Shown: one piece after another, positions 21,910 through 33,039 of the stretch
Layout: every line of letters starts with the position of its first letter
Numbering within the stretch: position 1 is the first letter of the stretch
Assembly (NCBI GenBank): GCA_965200155.1
Contig: CBDATR010000010.1
Span: forward strand, 1-64,000
Direction of reading: 5' to 3'
From: Nitrosopumilaceae archaeon
GTDB lineage: Archaea > Thermoproteota > Nitrososphaeria > Nitrososphaerales > Nitrosopumilaceae
Length of the DNA stretch: 64,000 nucleotides
Notes under the pieces: model-generated
The model's input: the letters and a program-made list of their open reading frames with translations, nothing else
Told to the model about the DNA's origin: nothing
The model's database searches: none
Position numbers and translations under genes: made by a program

Positions 21910-22380
21910 ATGTCTCTAAAAATAGGCGAGAAGGCACCAGATTTTGAGCTGGTGGATACCGAATTAAAGATGAGGAAACTCTCAGAGTTCCGGGACAAGA
22001 AGGTAATCTTGGCATTCTTTGTGGCGGCTAGCTCACCCGTATGCGAGAGGGAGCTGTGCACATTCCGGGACTCCTGGAAGGATCTCTCAAATATGGGAGC
22101 GCAGGTCATTGCCATAAGCAATGATGGCCCGTTCGCCAACAAGGCTTTTGCAGAAAAGAATAACATCAACTTTCCCGTACTGGGTGACTACACCAGTAAT
22201 ACCATACGGGATTACGATGTACTATTGCCTGATCTATTACACGTAAAGGGGTATAACGCGGCAAAGCGTTCAATATTCGTACTGGACGAAAATGGTACAC
22301 TCACGTACAGCTGGGTATCTGATGATCCACTAAAGGAGCCTGATTATAACGAAATACGCGCCCACGTTTCTAAATCATAA
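21910..22380 (+). CDS. peroxiredoxin (AhpC/TSA family)
   Basis: GEKAPDF and SPVCERELC motifs. Confidence 0.9.
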   Translation: MSLKIGEKAPDFELVDTELKMRKLSEFRDKKVILAFFVAASSPVCERELCTFRDSWKDLSNMGAQVIAISNDGPFANKAFAEKNNINFPVLGDYTSNTIRDYDVLLPDLLHVKGYNAAKRSIFVLDENGTLTYSWVSDDPLKEPDYNEIRAHVSKS

Positions 22381-22389
22381 CAGTAATTT

Positions 22390-22899
22390 TTATTCAATCT
22401 CGGCTATAAGGTCGCCCTTGGCTATGCTGACGCCCATCTTGATTCTCAGTGATTTTATGGTACCATCAATGTGCGCCTTTACTGATACCTGCATCTTCAT
22501 GGATTCCAGTACACAGACGGTGTCGCCCGCCGTAACGGTATCTCCTGCCTCAACTGCCATGGATACCACTTTGCCTGGTATCTGACTTAATAATGCCGAG
22601 TCCGAGGATGCCGCACCGCTGCCACCGGAATTCTTGTAGACTATTTCATCTAGGCCGGTATCTCTGGTAACGGTAATGGGTACGCCATCAACCTCCATCT
22701 CTGCCTTGCCTGCCGACTCTTGCACATATGTAATGGTATGATACGTGTTATCTAGCATGAACTCTGCCCTGTCATGGCTGGCATGTATCACCTTGATGGA
22801 CATGTCATGTCCATCTATCGTTATGGTGTCGGCGCCATTCATGCGCGCCTCATACTGCACGTCATCTATCGAGTACTTCATTGTTATAATCCCCCCCAT
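22390..22899 (-). CDS. accB: biotin carboxyl carrier protein of acetyl/propionyl-CoA carboxylase
   Basis: ESMKM biotinylation motif. Confidence 0.92.
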   Translation of the reverse strand: MGGIITMKYSIDDVQYEARMNGADTITIDGHDMSIKVIHASHDRAEFMLDNTYHTITYVQESAGKAEMEVDGVPITVTRDTGLDEIVYKNSGGSGAASSDSALLSQIPGKVVSMAVEAGDTVTAGDTVCVLESMKMQVSVKAHIDGTIKSLRIKMGVSIAKGDLIAEIE

Positions 22900-24350
22900 C
22901 CGGGAGCCTGGGGAGCCGTCCCCGGCTGCCGGGGTCTAATCATGTTTCCTGCTAGGGCAGCGGCTGCCAGTACCTTGCGTGAATCCTGCAGGTCCTGAGA
23001 GTGGCGCTTTATGATATCAAATCTATTCAAAAAGTCCGTGGACAGCTCGCCCCGGATATACTCTGGAGTCCTAAGTATTGTTCTGTATAGTGGTATGGAT
23101 GTCTGTACCCCGCCCACGTAAAAGTCATCAAGGGCCAAAAGCATACGTGTCCTGGACTCCTCAAAGGTGGCTCCCCATGTGCACAATTTTGCCATGAGTG
23201 AGTCATAGTATGGCGAGACCGAGCACCCTGGATACAGGTACGTATCACATCTTACACCGGGACCCTGGGGCAATGTCACATGAGGTACCGGCCCCGTCGA
23301 CGGAGCAAAGTCCAAGAATGTGTCCTCTGCATTTATGCGACACTCTATGGAGTATCCGTTCATGTGCAGTTCGTTCTGCGTGAAGGGCAGTTCCTGTCCG
23401 TTGGCTATATCTATCTGGAGCTTGACCAAATCAAGACCGGATACCAGCTCCGTTATTGGATGTTCCACCTGTAGTCTGGCGTTTATCTCTATGAAATAGA
23501 ACTCGCCGGTATCTGAGCGCAGGAACTCAGCCGTTCCCAAATTCGAGTACCCTACAGCCTTGGCGGCCTTGACAACTCTTTCACCTATCTCCTGGCGCGT
23601 CTCCTCGTCCACCACAGGCGAGGGTGTCTGCTCTATGAGTTTCTGGTTACGCCTCTGTATGGAGCACTCCCTCTCGAACAGGTGAACTGTATTGCCATGG
23701 CTGTCCCGGGCCATCTGGTATTCAATGTGGCGGGTCTTTTGCAGAAATTTTTCCACCAGAATGGCAGACTTGCCTACCGCCGCTATGGACTCACCAGTCA
23801 CCGAGTCAAAGGCCACGCGCAATTCTGAATCATTATTTACTAGTCTTATGCCCCGTCCGCCACCGCCATACACTGACTTGAGCAGTACGGGGTATCCTAT
23901 CTCGTTGGCTATCTGAGTAGCCTCGTCCGCGTCCGCCACCAATCCTGGACTGCCCGGAACGGTGGGAACTCCTGCATCCAGCATGGCGGCTTTGCATCGC
24001 ATCTTGTCGCCGCACAAATTCATGGACTCGGCCGGAGGGCCAATAAAGGTAATGTTGTTCTTTTCGCAGAGCAGGGCAAAATCGTCATTCTCCGAGAGAA
24101 AGCCGTACCCGGGGTGAACAGCATCGGCGCCCGAAGATTTGATTACATCCAGTATTGTGTCCTGGTTCAGGTAAGATTTGGCCGGGGCCGCCTCGCCTAT
24201 GTGATATGATTCATCGGCAAACTTCACGTGCAGAGAATCCATATCCTCGTCTGAGTATACTGCCACGGACTTTATTCCCATAATACGACATGTGCGCATC
24301 ACCCTAAGAGCTATCTCGCCCCTGTTGGCTATCAGAATTTTTTCAATCAT
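22884..24350 (-). CDS. accC: biotin carboxylase subunit
   Basis: ANRGEIA, HPGYGFLSEN, RECSIQRRNQK and RLQVEH motifs. Confidence 0.97.
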   Translation of the reverse strand: MIEKILIANRGEIALRVMRTCRIMGIKSVAVYSDEDMDSLHVKFADESYHIGEAAPAKSYLNQDTILDVIKSSGADAVHPGYGFLSENDDFALLCEKNNITFIGPPAESMNLCGDKMRCKAAMLDAGVPTVPGSPGLVADADEATQIANEIGYPVLLKSVYGGGGRGIRLVNNDSELRVAFDSVTGESIAAVGKSAILVEKFLQKTRHIEYQMARDSHGNTVHLFERECSIQRRNQKLIEQTPSPVVDEETRQEIGERVVKAAKAVGYSNLGTAEFLRSDTGEFYFIEINARLQVEHPITELVSGLDLVKLQIDIANGQELPFTQNELHMNGYSIECRINAEDTFLDFAPSTGPVPHVTLPQGPGVRCDTYLYPGCSVSPYYDSLMAKLCTWGATFEESRTRMLLALDDFYVGGVQTSIPLYRTILRTPEYIRGELSTDFLNRFDIIKRHSQDLQDSRKVLAAAALAGNMIRPRQPGTAPQAPGWGGL

Positions 24351-24356
24351 GACAAA

Positions 24357-25904
24357 TCAGAGGTTAATGTTTCCGTGTTTGCGGGGCAGTTGCCTCTCCT
24401 GTTTGTCAGAGAGCATATGCAGGGCTCGTATCAGTGCAGGTCTGCTGTGGGCGGGATCAATCACCGCGTCCACCGTACCGTGTGACGCCGCCACGTACGG
24501 GTTGTCAAACTTTGCCTCAAAGTTGGACTTGAGCTCCTGTAGTAGTGGACCGGGATCCGCGGACCTTTGCAGGTCCTTGCGATTCATTATCTTGACTGCT
24601 GCCTCCGCGCCCAGAACGGCGCAACGGGCAGTGGGCCATGCATAGTTTACATCAGTATGCAGGTTCTTGCTCCCCATGGCGATATATGCCCCGCCATATG
24701 CCTTGCCTATGACCATGGTTATCTTGGGTACTGTTGCCTCACAGTACGCGTATAGTAGCTTGCTGCCGTGCCGTATTATCCCATTATGCTCCTGGTTTGA
24801 GCCTGGCATGTAACCGGGCGTATCCACCAGGGTAATTATGGGCACGTTAAAGGAGTCACAGAATCTTATAAAACGCGCCGCCTTGTTGGAGGAGTCTATA
24901 TCCAGCGCCCCTGCCAAGTGCATGGGCTGGTTCGCCACAATCCCAACTACCATTCCATCCATGCGTGCAAAACCCACAATGATATTTGGCGCAAAGAGCT
25001 CGTGAACCTCGAACAGTTCGCCGCCATCCACTATGCGGGATATGATTTCCTTCATGTCGTATGGCTGCAGGGCATTCTTTGGTATCATGTCCAAAAGGCC
25101 GGGATCCGTGCGTTCCGAGTCATCGCCGGGTGTTATGGCCGGCGGCCTCTGGGAGTTATTGGATGGTATGTATGAGAGCAGCTTTCGTATGGAGTCAAAG
25201 CAATCGTACTCGTTCTTGGAGACAAAGTGGGCTACCCCGCTCTTGGTACCATGCGCCATGGCTCCGCCCAAGTCCTCGAATGATATCTCCTCGCCCAGTA
25301 CGGTTTTGACTACGTCCGGTCCCGTGACAAACATGGTTCCGGCCTTTTCCACCATCATTATAAAGTCCGTCATGGCTGGCGAGTATACAGACCCGCCCGC
25401 GGACGGTCCTATGCTAGCGGTTATCTGGGGGACCACGCCTGATGCCATCTGGTTATGATAGAATATATCCGCAAAGCCGTCAAGACTCATTATGCCCTCC
25501 TGAATTCGGGCCCCGCCGGAATCCATTATTCCTATAATGGGACAGCCAGTTCGTACTGCATGATCCATCAACTTGGTTATCTTTTTGGCGCCCATCTGGC
25601 TGAGGGTGCCCCCCAATACGGTAAAGTCATAGGCAAAGACAAAGACCTTGCGGCCGCTTATGGTCCCGTGACCGCCCACTACCCCGTCGGTGTAGTATTT
25701 GCGTTTCTGCATATCAAACTCGTGGTAATGGTGGGTTACCAAGGCATCAAGCTCCGTAAAGGAGTCCTCGTCTAATAATAGACTCAACCTTTCCCTGGCA
25801 GTAAGTTTGCCCTTGTCGTGCTGGGCCGCTATCCGTTCTTGGCCTCCTCCCTCCTGTGACTTTCTTGCATTCTCTAGAAACTCATTCATCTTGTCTGAGG
25901 ACAA
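24357..25904 (-). CDS. pccB: acetyl/propionyl-CoA carboxylase carboxyltransferase subunit
   Basis: SGGARIQEG, KAYGGAY and RKHGNINL motifs. Confidence 0.95.
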   Translation of the reverse strand: MSSDKMNEFLENARKSQEGGGQERIAAQHDKGKLTARERLSLLLDEDSFTELDALVTHHYHEFDMQKRKYYTDGVVGGHGTISGRKVFVFAYDFTVLGGTLSQMGAKKITKLMDHAVRTGCPIIGIMDSGGARIQEGIMSLDGFADIFYHNQMASGVVPQITASIGPSAGGSVYSPAMTDFIMMVEKAGTMFVTGPDVVKTVLGEEISFEDLGGAMAHGTKSGVAHFVSKNEYDCFDSIRKLLSYIPSNNSQRPPAITPGDDSERTDPGLLDMIPKNALQPYDMKEIISRIVDGGELFEVHELFAPNIIVGFARMDGMVVGIVANQPMHLAGALDIDSSNKAARFIRFCDSFNVPIITLVDTPGYMPGSNQEHNGIIRHGSKLLYAYCEATVPKITMVIGKAYGGAYIAMGSKNLHTDVNYAWPTARCAVLGAEAAVKIMNRKDLQRSADPGPLLQELKSNFEAKFDNPYVAASHGTVDAVIDPAHSRPALIRALHMLSDKQERQLPRKHGNINL

Positions 25905-26066
25905 TATGCTTGTAAGAATATCATGTATATATTAATTAAATGAAACAAGTTTGCATGCCACATTACCAATCCCGGCCCAGCAATGGCGCACGCCATACTG
26001 AGAGATGGCTTTTTCCCGGAACACTACTCTATACCTTTAATTCATGGAGTCATTATACATTATATC

Positions 26067-26342
26067 ATGAGGCGACTTGATAAGACCGAGATTCAGCAGG
26101 CACTGGAATCTTTGCCAGGCTGGTCACTACAGGATGAGAAGATCTACTGCGAGTTTGTGTTTGATGATTTTGTGAGCGCCTTTGGGTTCATGAGCCGGGC
26201 TGCCCTGCTGGCCGAGCGCATGAACCATCACCCGGAGTGGTCCAACGTGTATAACCGTGTAACCGTTCACCTGACTACTCATGATGCCGGTGGCATCACT
26301 GAGAATGATACAAAACTGGCCGGGCTCCTCTCGGAATTATGA
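26067..26342 (+). CDS. pterin-4a-carbinolamine dehydratase
   Basis: [10 protein letters not shown] and LTTHDAGG motifs. Confidence 0.93.
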   Translation: MRRLDKTEIQQALESLPGWSLQDEKIYCEFVFDDFVSAFGFMSRAALLAERMNHHPEWSNVYNRVTVHLTTHDAGGITENDTKLAGLLSEL

Positions 26343-26401
26343 CCACTTTGCCATCATTCCTATATCGTCACTTTATATAATGAAATACTCGCAGAACAAC
26401 C

Positions 26402-27214
26402 ATGGCCACGTCACCACAAATGATAGACTCGGACTTTAGGTACACTGACGGGCAGGGTAACTTGCTCAGATCCAGAACCGAGCTCTCGGTGGCGCGACTG
26501 TTATCATTTCTGGGCATCAAGTACCGGTACCGTGTCCCGCTGGATGAGGACCCTTCAGTACTGGTGGACTTTGCAACAGAGTCCGGGGCAATCCAGATAC
26601 TGAAAAACGACGACGACATGACCCGCTATTCTAGTATAAAGAAGAGATTTCCAGATTATAATATAATGGCCATGGGTCATCCCAAGCTTACATCGCGCAT
26701 AGACGAGCTGGATGATATAATATCATACCAGGATGTTCCGGAGACCGGTTCCATATTCCTGGAGGATCCATCCTTCTCCTTTGATTATGCACATATACTG
26801 CCACTGGTGGAAAAATGTTCCATACTGCATGGTCACACATCATCTGTAATGGTGGAGCTGGTGGGACACAACCAGGATGGTCTGCTGGTAGATTTTGCCG
26901 AGGCCAAGCGACTGGTTCGTAACGCGATAAGCGCATTTGATCATAAATTCTTTATCAGCAACCGTTATGTTGTATCGAAAGATGACACGCACTATCGTAT
27001 AGTCTTTGATGGTCCCAAGGGACATTTTGATTTGCAGGTGCCCATATATACGACATATCTCTTGGAGGGCGAGGCTACCGTAGAGAACCTCTCCACTGAA
27101 ATTATACGTATACTAATGCCTACACTGCCTTCCAATGTGGAGGGTGTGGGTGTCTACATATACGAGGGCTACAACAAGGGTTCCCATATCGTGTCGCGTA
27201 TATCAAAGAGATGA
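26402..27214 (+). CDS. 6-pyruvoyl-tetrahydropterin synthase/QueD-like protein with extra N-terminal domain
   Basis: CSILHGH, DF...FDH and TVEN motifs. Confidence 0.85.
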   Translation: MATSPQMIDSDFRYTDGQGNLLRSRTELSVARLLSFLGIKYRYRVPLDEDPSVLVDFATESGAIQILKNDDDMTRYSSIKKRFPDYNIMAMGHPKLTSRIDELDDIISYQDVPETGSIFLEDPSFSFDYAHILPLVEKCSILHGHTSSVMVELVGHNQDGLLVDFAEAKRLVRNAISAFDHKFFISNRYVVSKDDTHYRIVFDGPKGHFDLQVPIYTTYLLEGEATVENLSTEIIRILMPTLPSNVEGVGVYIYEGYNKGSHIVSRISKR

Positions 27215-29523
27215 CCAATACAATATGTGAGAAGGCTTGGAATCCTGCCCTGGAGGGTGTTATAAGGAAGAAATGGGATGAGACCGGCGCCCACAAGACC
27301 CCGCAGGCGGACCGTTATTTCACCATAGATACCCCGCCGCCCTACCCTTCAGGCAAGCCCTGGCATATCGGGGCCGCGGCGCACTATGCCCAGATAGATA
27401 TGATTGCCCGCACTGCCCGAATGGACGGCCATGCCGTCTACTTTCCCATTGGTATAGACAGGAACGGATTACCGGTGGAGATATACGCAGAGAAAAAACA
27501 CAAGATACGCATGCGTGAAACTCCAAGGGAGGAATTCCTGGAACTTTGTAGGACGGCATTAGACGAGCTGGAGAATGAGATGATACAGATAATGAAACAC
27601 CTGGGAATGAGCGGTGATGTAGATGGCCGGTACAGGACAGATACGCCCGAGTATCGCTCCATGACCCAGGCTACCTTTATAGAATTGTGGAATAGTGGTC
27701 GAATATACCTAGCCACAAGACCCAACAACTATGACTGGGCTACCGGAACCACCATCGCGGATGCGGAGATAGCATATCTTGATTTACCGGCAAAACTGGT
27801 TTACATGAAATTTTCAATAGATGGTCATAACGACACTATCATTATAGCAAGTACCAGACCTGAGCTATTATGTACGTGCAAGGCCATAATGGTGAATCCT
27901 CAGGATGCCCGATATGAGACCCTGATAGGGAAGCGGGCCACCGTGCCCATATTTGGGCATACTGTTAAGATAGTGGGGCATCCCTCTGCCAAGACCGACT
28001 TTGGGTCAGGCGCAGTAATGATATGCAGTTATGGTGACCAGCACGATGTGGCCATATTTCGGGAGCTTGGTCTTGAGGAGACCGTGGCTCTGGGTATGGA
28101 TGGTCGTATGACTAGTGTGGCTGGCAAGTATGCTGGATTGCGCCCAAAGCAGGCACGCTCCAGCATAATACGGGACATGATGGAATCAGGTATCATAGAG
28201 CGTGTCGAGGAAATAATGCACCGCACCCCGGTATCTGAGCGCAGCAAGACTCCCATAGAGATAATTCCCATGGACGAGTACTATATGAAACAGAAGGACG
28301 TGCTGGATAGGTTGCGGGATTTGGGCTCTGGTATACGATTCCATCCACCCATGCACAAGCAGATACTGATGAACTGGCTGGATTCTGTATCCATTGATTG
28401 GCCTATATCCCGGCGCCGATACTATGGGACCGAGATACCCATGTGGTACTGTGATTCATGCGGTCATGAATATGTACCCCAGCCGGGTCCCTACTATGTG
28501 CCCTGGAAGGATGCCTGCCCCATTCAGGAGTGCGAGAAATGCGGCGGCGCCAAATTTACAGGGGAGAGTCGCACATTTGATACGTGGATGGACTCTAGCG
28601 TTTCACCATTATACATATCACAATATGGACGGGATGAAAAATTCTTTAAAAAGGCATATCCTGCTGCCATAAGACCTCAGTCTAAGGATATCGTAAGGAC
28701 ATGGCTATATTACACGCTATTGCGGTGCGACGCACTGACCTGCCAATCTCCCTGGCCCCGGGCATGGATTATGGGTTACGGACTGGACGAGCGGGGACTC
28801 AAGATGAGCAAGAGTAAGGGCAATGCCATAGATCCACTTCCCATAATACAGACTCATGGTGCTGATACATTCCGGCTATGGAGCGCCAGCGAGATCAATC
28901 ATGGTTATGACTTTAGGTGTAATGAACAAAAAATAGAGTCAACAAAAAAATTCCTAAGCAAACTCTGGAATATAGCCAGATTCCTGTCCTCATTCCCCGT
29001 GGTGCATGAGGCCACGCCCACAGTAACTGACAAGTGGATTTTATACGAGACCGACAGGCTGGTGGAAAAGTGCAGGGCGGGATATGATGAGTATAACTTT
29101 TTCATTCCAGCCATAGCCATACGGGAATTTACGTGGAACATATTTGCGGCTCACTACATCGAGATGGTCAAAAAGCGAGCCCGGGGCGAGGGATTCGACA
29201 AAGCGGAGAGCGAGGCAGCCATATACACGCTGCACAAGGTGCTGTCCACCATTCTGTTACTGCTGGCGCCAATTACACCCTTCATAACTGAGTATCTGTG
29301 GGGGCGTCTGTATGGCGATGCAAGCATTCATGAGCAGAAACATGCACAGGTTGCCGGCCATGATGTCATGGCCCTTGGTGATGAAATAATAAAATTTAAT
29401 TCTACAGTATGGGGATCAAAAAAGGAAAAGCACCTCTCACTAAAGGATGCCGTATCCATGGATGTACCTCCTGAACTACAAGGTATGACACAAGACCTGA
29501 CTGCCATGCACAATCTAGAATGA
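27211..29523 (+). CDS. valS: valine-tRNA ligase
   Basis: DTPPPYPSG, HIGA, WPISR, DTWMDS and KMSKS motifs. Confidence 0.97.
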   Translation: MTNTICEKAWNPALEGVIRKKWDETGAHKTPQADRYFTIDTPPPYPSGKPWHIGAAAHYAQIDMIARTARMDGHAVYFPIGIDRNGLPVEIYAEKKHKIRMRETPREEFLELCRTALDELENEMIQIMKHLGMSGDVDGRYRTDTPEYRSMTQATFIELWNSGRIYLATRPNNYDWATGTTIADAEIAYLDLPAKLVYMKFSIDGHNDTIIIASTRPELLCTCKAIMVNPQDARYETLIGKRATVPIFGHTVKIVGHPSAKTDFGSGAVMICSYGDQHDVAIFRELGLEETVALGMDGRMTSVAGKYAGLRPKQARSSIIRDMMESGIIERVEEIMHRTPVSERSKTPIEIIPMDEYYMKQKDVLDRLRDLGSGIRFHPPMHKQILMNWLDSVSIDWPISRRRYYGTEIPMWYCDSCGHEYVPQPGPYYVPWKDACPIQECEKCGGAKFTGESRTFDTWMDSSVSPLYISQYGRDEKFFKKAYPAAIRPQSKDIVRTWLYYTLLRCDALTCQSPWPRAWIMGYGLDERGLKMSKSKGNAIDPLPIIQTHGADTFRLWSASEINHGYDFRCNEQKIESTKKFLSKLWNIARFLSSFPVVHEATPTVTDKWILYETDRLVEKCRAGYDEYNFFIPAIAIREFTWNIFAAHYIEMVKKRARGEGFDKAESEAAIYTLHKVLSTILLLLAPITPFITEYLWGRLYGDASIHEQKHAQVAGHDVMALGDEIIKFNSTVWGSKKEKHLSLKDAVSMDVPPELQGMTQDLTAMHNLE

Positions 29524-29548
29524 TTTTTTAATATGCCATTATCATAGA

Positions 29549-30442
29549 ATGAATGTGTGGGTAACACCTTCCGGCAGAGAGATAAGGACTACAGATAAAC
29601 ATATGGCGGCACTGCGCCTATCGCCGGATGATTTTCACATCATTAATAGAATTCCCATAAATTCTGGTAATATTCCCGCCCAGTTATCCGATGATACAGG
29701 CGAGCAAACCATGGTATTCTTGGATACAGAGACCACCGGGGTTAATCCCCGTGAGGATCACATGATACAGCTGGGTATGGTGCGTTGCAAGTATAATGCA
29801 GAGTCCCGCCGTATAGTGAGTGTTGATGCGGTATTTGATGAGTTTGATGATCCGCATCGCCCCATTCCTGAGGCGGTTACCAATCTTACAGGCATTACTG
29901 AGCAGATGGTTAGTGGCTGTCATGTGGACGAGGATAAGGTTAGAGAGTGGTTGGGACCTGATCCGCTTATTGTTGCACATAATGCTGCCTTTGATCGTCC
30001 AATATTTGAAAAGCGGTTTACGGAACTGACTGATTACCGCTGGGCTTGCTCCTTTAAGGATATTGAGTGGCGTGATGTGGGGTATTCGGGCAAAAGACTG
30101 GCCGTATTATTACTACAGGAAGGATGGTTCTATAATGAGCATCGGGCCCTTGATGACTGCTTTGCAATAGTGTGGTTGTTGCATATGGTTCCTGATGCAT
30201 TTGACATGCTTCTGGAATCACAATACTCGTTATTCATGGTGGTGGGGCGCGGCCGTTCGTATCACGTCAAGGATGACTTGAAAAAGAAATTCTACAAATG
30301 GAATGATCTCAACAAGACATGGTCTAGGGTGATACCGGCCGGTGAGAGGGAAGAAGAAGAGCAGTTTCTTCACGGTCTGGGTTTGGAGGGGACGTATGAG
30401 ATTCATACAGTTGATCCCCGTACTAAATTCAAGATGTACTGA
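29549..30442 (+). CDS. DEDDh 3'-5' exonuclease (DnaQ/epsilon-like)
   Basis: DTETTG, AHNAAFD and HRALDD motifs. Confidence 0.9.
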   Translation: MNVWVTPSGREIRTTDKHMAALRLSPDDFHIINRIPINSGNIPAQLSDDTGEQTMVFLDTETTGVNPREDHMIQLGMVRCKYNAESRRIVSVDAVFDEFDDPHRPIPEAVTNLTGITEQMVSGCHVDEDKVREWLGPDPLIVAHNAAFDRPIFEKRFTELTDYRWACSFKDIEWRDVGYSGKRLAVLLLQEGWFYNEHRALDDCFAIVWLLHMVPDAFDMLLESQYSLFMVVGRGRSYHVKDDLKKKFYKWNDLNKTWSRVIPAGEREEEEQFLHGLGLEGTYEIHTVDPRTKFKMY

Positions 30443-30710
30443 AGATAAAACGGGTTCTGTGTAATGGCTTCAATACGCGCAACCGGATTTACGCTATGAT
30501 TGTCGGACGTGAATCTGGATGCCTGTGCATGGAATTGCCATCTGTCTGTTCTTTTCAATCATTTTGTGTCAATATCTCATACCGGCAGGCGCTACCATGT
30601 ACGCTTGATTTGAATATGCCTGCCTTTATGGCGAATTCATTTTTTCCGAATTCTCTATGGCATGTTGATTAGACCTTATGCGCATGATTGACAGTAACAG
30701 CCCATGTTGC

Positions 30711-30802
30711 GTATGAGTTCACGTCTTCCGGAATCTTGTGCACAAATCACATTAACTGTCGCGATCAGTTGTGCGTAAATTTAGACACAGGTGAACTCAT
30801 AC
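30711..30802 (+). mobile_element. 92-bp MITE family 1, no TSD
   Basis: Intact TIRs; flanks CATGTTGC and CATTAATT differ. Confidence 0.95.
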
Positions 30803-31133
30803 CATTAATTTAGTGGATTTTCTGATGAGTAATATTCGAATTATAATAACACGGAAATTATGGACAGATATTTTTCAAAAATTTCTTGTACCTGGTATGC
30901 TTGTGCATAATGGGTAAATTATGCAACCCGGATACTACGAGTAGATCCCGGAATTCCTCATGACTACCATCATATACCTGACTTAATCTACGATATACCT
31001 TTAGCATTCGAATTACATTCTCGATTAATATGCGCCTTTTTGATACATATTGGTTGTATTTCCTTTCAGTGTTAGTGAGTGATTCCCTACCCCTGATGGA
31101 ATTATGACCTTTGCGCCGGGTAGGAAACTTTTC

Positions 31134-31225
31134 GTATGAGTTCACCTGTGTCTAAATTTACGCATAACTGATCGCGACAGTTAATGTGATTTGTGCATAA
31201 AATTCCGGAAGACGTGAACTCATAC
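31134..31225 (-). mobile_element. 92-bp MITE family 1
   Basis: TSD AACTTTTC. Confidence 0.95.
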
Positions 31226-31253
31226 AACTTTTCATCCCCTGGTATCCTGCATC

Positions 31254-31345
31254 GTATGAGTTCACCTGTGTCTAAATTTACGTATAACTGATCGCGACAG
31301 TTAATGTGATTTGTGCATAAAATTCCGGAAGACGTGAACTCATAC
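31254..31345 (-). mobile_element. 92-bp MITE family 1
   Basis: TSD CCTGCATC. Confidence 0.95.
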
Positions 31346-31976
31346 CCTGCATCTATTACTGTTATCTTATCGGATGGTGGCGTGGTTGATTCTTTTAGGG
31401 ACTTGCCGCCAAGGGGAATATCATTCTTGAATATGCCATAATCGTGTCTTTTTCCCTCATATACTCCACTTACGTGAATTATCAGTCTTTTCTTGTTTGA
31501 TGTTATCTGTACGTTATACGTGTGGGTTTTTTGTTTACCAGAGTACATTGCCCCCTGATTTTTTTCAGGACGTTGTACGCGTACGTGTGTCCCGTCAGTC
31601 TTTATCTCCCCTCCGGCTCGACCGGGAACAATTTCCTTAAAGTCGGGTGTTGACTTGATTTGCGATATTGCTTTTGCAACGGTATCGGCCGTTGGAAGTA
31701 TCTTGATCAGTCCCTGCTTTGTAAACTGGATGTAACGACATATGTTTGACTGGTTTATCTTGAGTATTGCAGCAAGAAGCTCCTGCTTTGTGTTGCAGCG
31801 CAGGCGTATCAGTGTAACTAAGAGTACGTGCATGACCGGAAATTTGTTCACATGGCCGCGATCATTTGTAAGTTATAAGAATCGCCGTGCATCATCGCCT
31901 TCCAGGGACTCTACGTATTCTGTGAATCTGGTTAGTATCCATTTGAACTCTTCCGGGGTGCATCCGGTCAGGGAAT

Positions 31977-32068
31977 GTATGAGTTCACCTGTGTCTAAAT
32001 TTACGCACAACTGATCGCGACAGTTAATGTGATTTGTGCACAAGATTCCGGAAGACGTGAACTCATAC
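31977..32068 (-). mobile_element. 92-bp MITE family 1
   Basis: TSD CAGGGAAT. Confidence 0.95.
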
Positions 32069-32433
32069 CAGGGAATGAAGCTGATCCTTGCGTTCTATGA
32101 TGTCATCGAGATTTGAAACGAGGGCATTCTTTGTTTGAGCTTCAAGTTTGGCGTGCAGGTTTGTTACTTCGGCCTCAGACTCGGTGCGTAGCCGGTTGTA
32201 TTCTGTGACTAACTGCTCCTTGGTGAGTTCTGCTTTTAGCATACCTGGTATTACAAAATTAGGTCTTAACTTTTCTGTTTCACACGAGTCTGTGTGGGAT
32301 AACCCATGATATTAGGTCAATTGCTCGTATCTAACAACTTGGTTTAGACGTGCAGGGTGGGAGAAGTGATTCTGCGCATACGGTCTACTATTTATCGCAA
32401 GAACGTAAACTCACACAAAATTCAGAATAATTC

Positions 32434-33039
32434 CTACCTGCGTGCCAACCCTATCAAATATCTGTGTATGGCAGTGTCTCCTGCCAATTCCGGATGAAAT
32501 GCAGTGCCGATTATGTGATTCTGCCGTACTGCAACGATACGGTTGTCCACGGCGCAGATGGGCTCCACTGACGGGCTAACTGATCCCACTGATGGCGCCC
32601 GTATGAATACTCCCCGGAATGAGTCAATGTCAAGCGCGGATATTTGCAGTTGTATCTCGCAGGATCGGCGCTGCCTGCCAAAAGAGTTACGCTCAAGGCG
32701 CATATCCAGGACGCCCAGGAGTGGCTGGCCGGTCTTGCCCATGTTCCGCTCGTGTGCTGCATTGGCCAGCAGTATCATGCCGGCACATATTCCCAAGGTG
32801 GGCATACCTGCTGTTATACGCTCAGATAGGGTGGACAGTACGTCTCCTGTTAGGCACATTTGGCCTATGGTTGTACTCTCGCCGCCGGGTATTATCATGA
32901 CATCCACGTCCGATATGGCCGGAGATGTCTTGACTGGCATCACCCTGCCGCCTATATTCATGTCATCAAGTGCCTGCCTTGCCACTCGTACATTCTCATA
33001 CACGTCCCCCTGTATGGCCAGAACTCCCACGGTAATCAT
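32434..33039 (-). CDS. pdxT: PLP synthase glutaminase subunit
   Basis: GVLAIQG, PGGEST, RNSFGRQ and FHPE motifs. Confidence 0.97.
   Translation of the reverse strand: MITVGVLAIQGDVYENVRVARQALDDMNIGGRVMPVKTSPAISDVDVMIIPGGESTTIGQMCLTGDVLSTLSERITAGMPTLGICAGMILLANAAHERNMGKTGQPLLGVLDMRLERNSFGRQRRSCEIQLQISALDIDSFRGVFIRAPSVGSVSPSVEPICAVDNRIVAVRQNHIIGTAFHPELAGDTAIHRYLIGLARR

Larger units (their letters stand above)
30858..32242 (-). pseudogene. IS5-family (ISL2/DDE_Tnp_4-like) transposase broken by three MITEs
   Basis: DGT, YSGK..H, DAGY|GI and RILIENV motifs. Confidence 0.85.

Noticed and set aside
31134-31345. Adjacent MITE pair as a composite transposon or array
   Set aside because: Each copy has its own 8-bp TSD, so they are independent insertions
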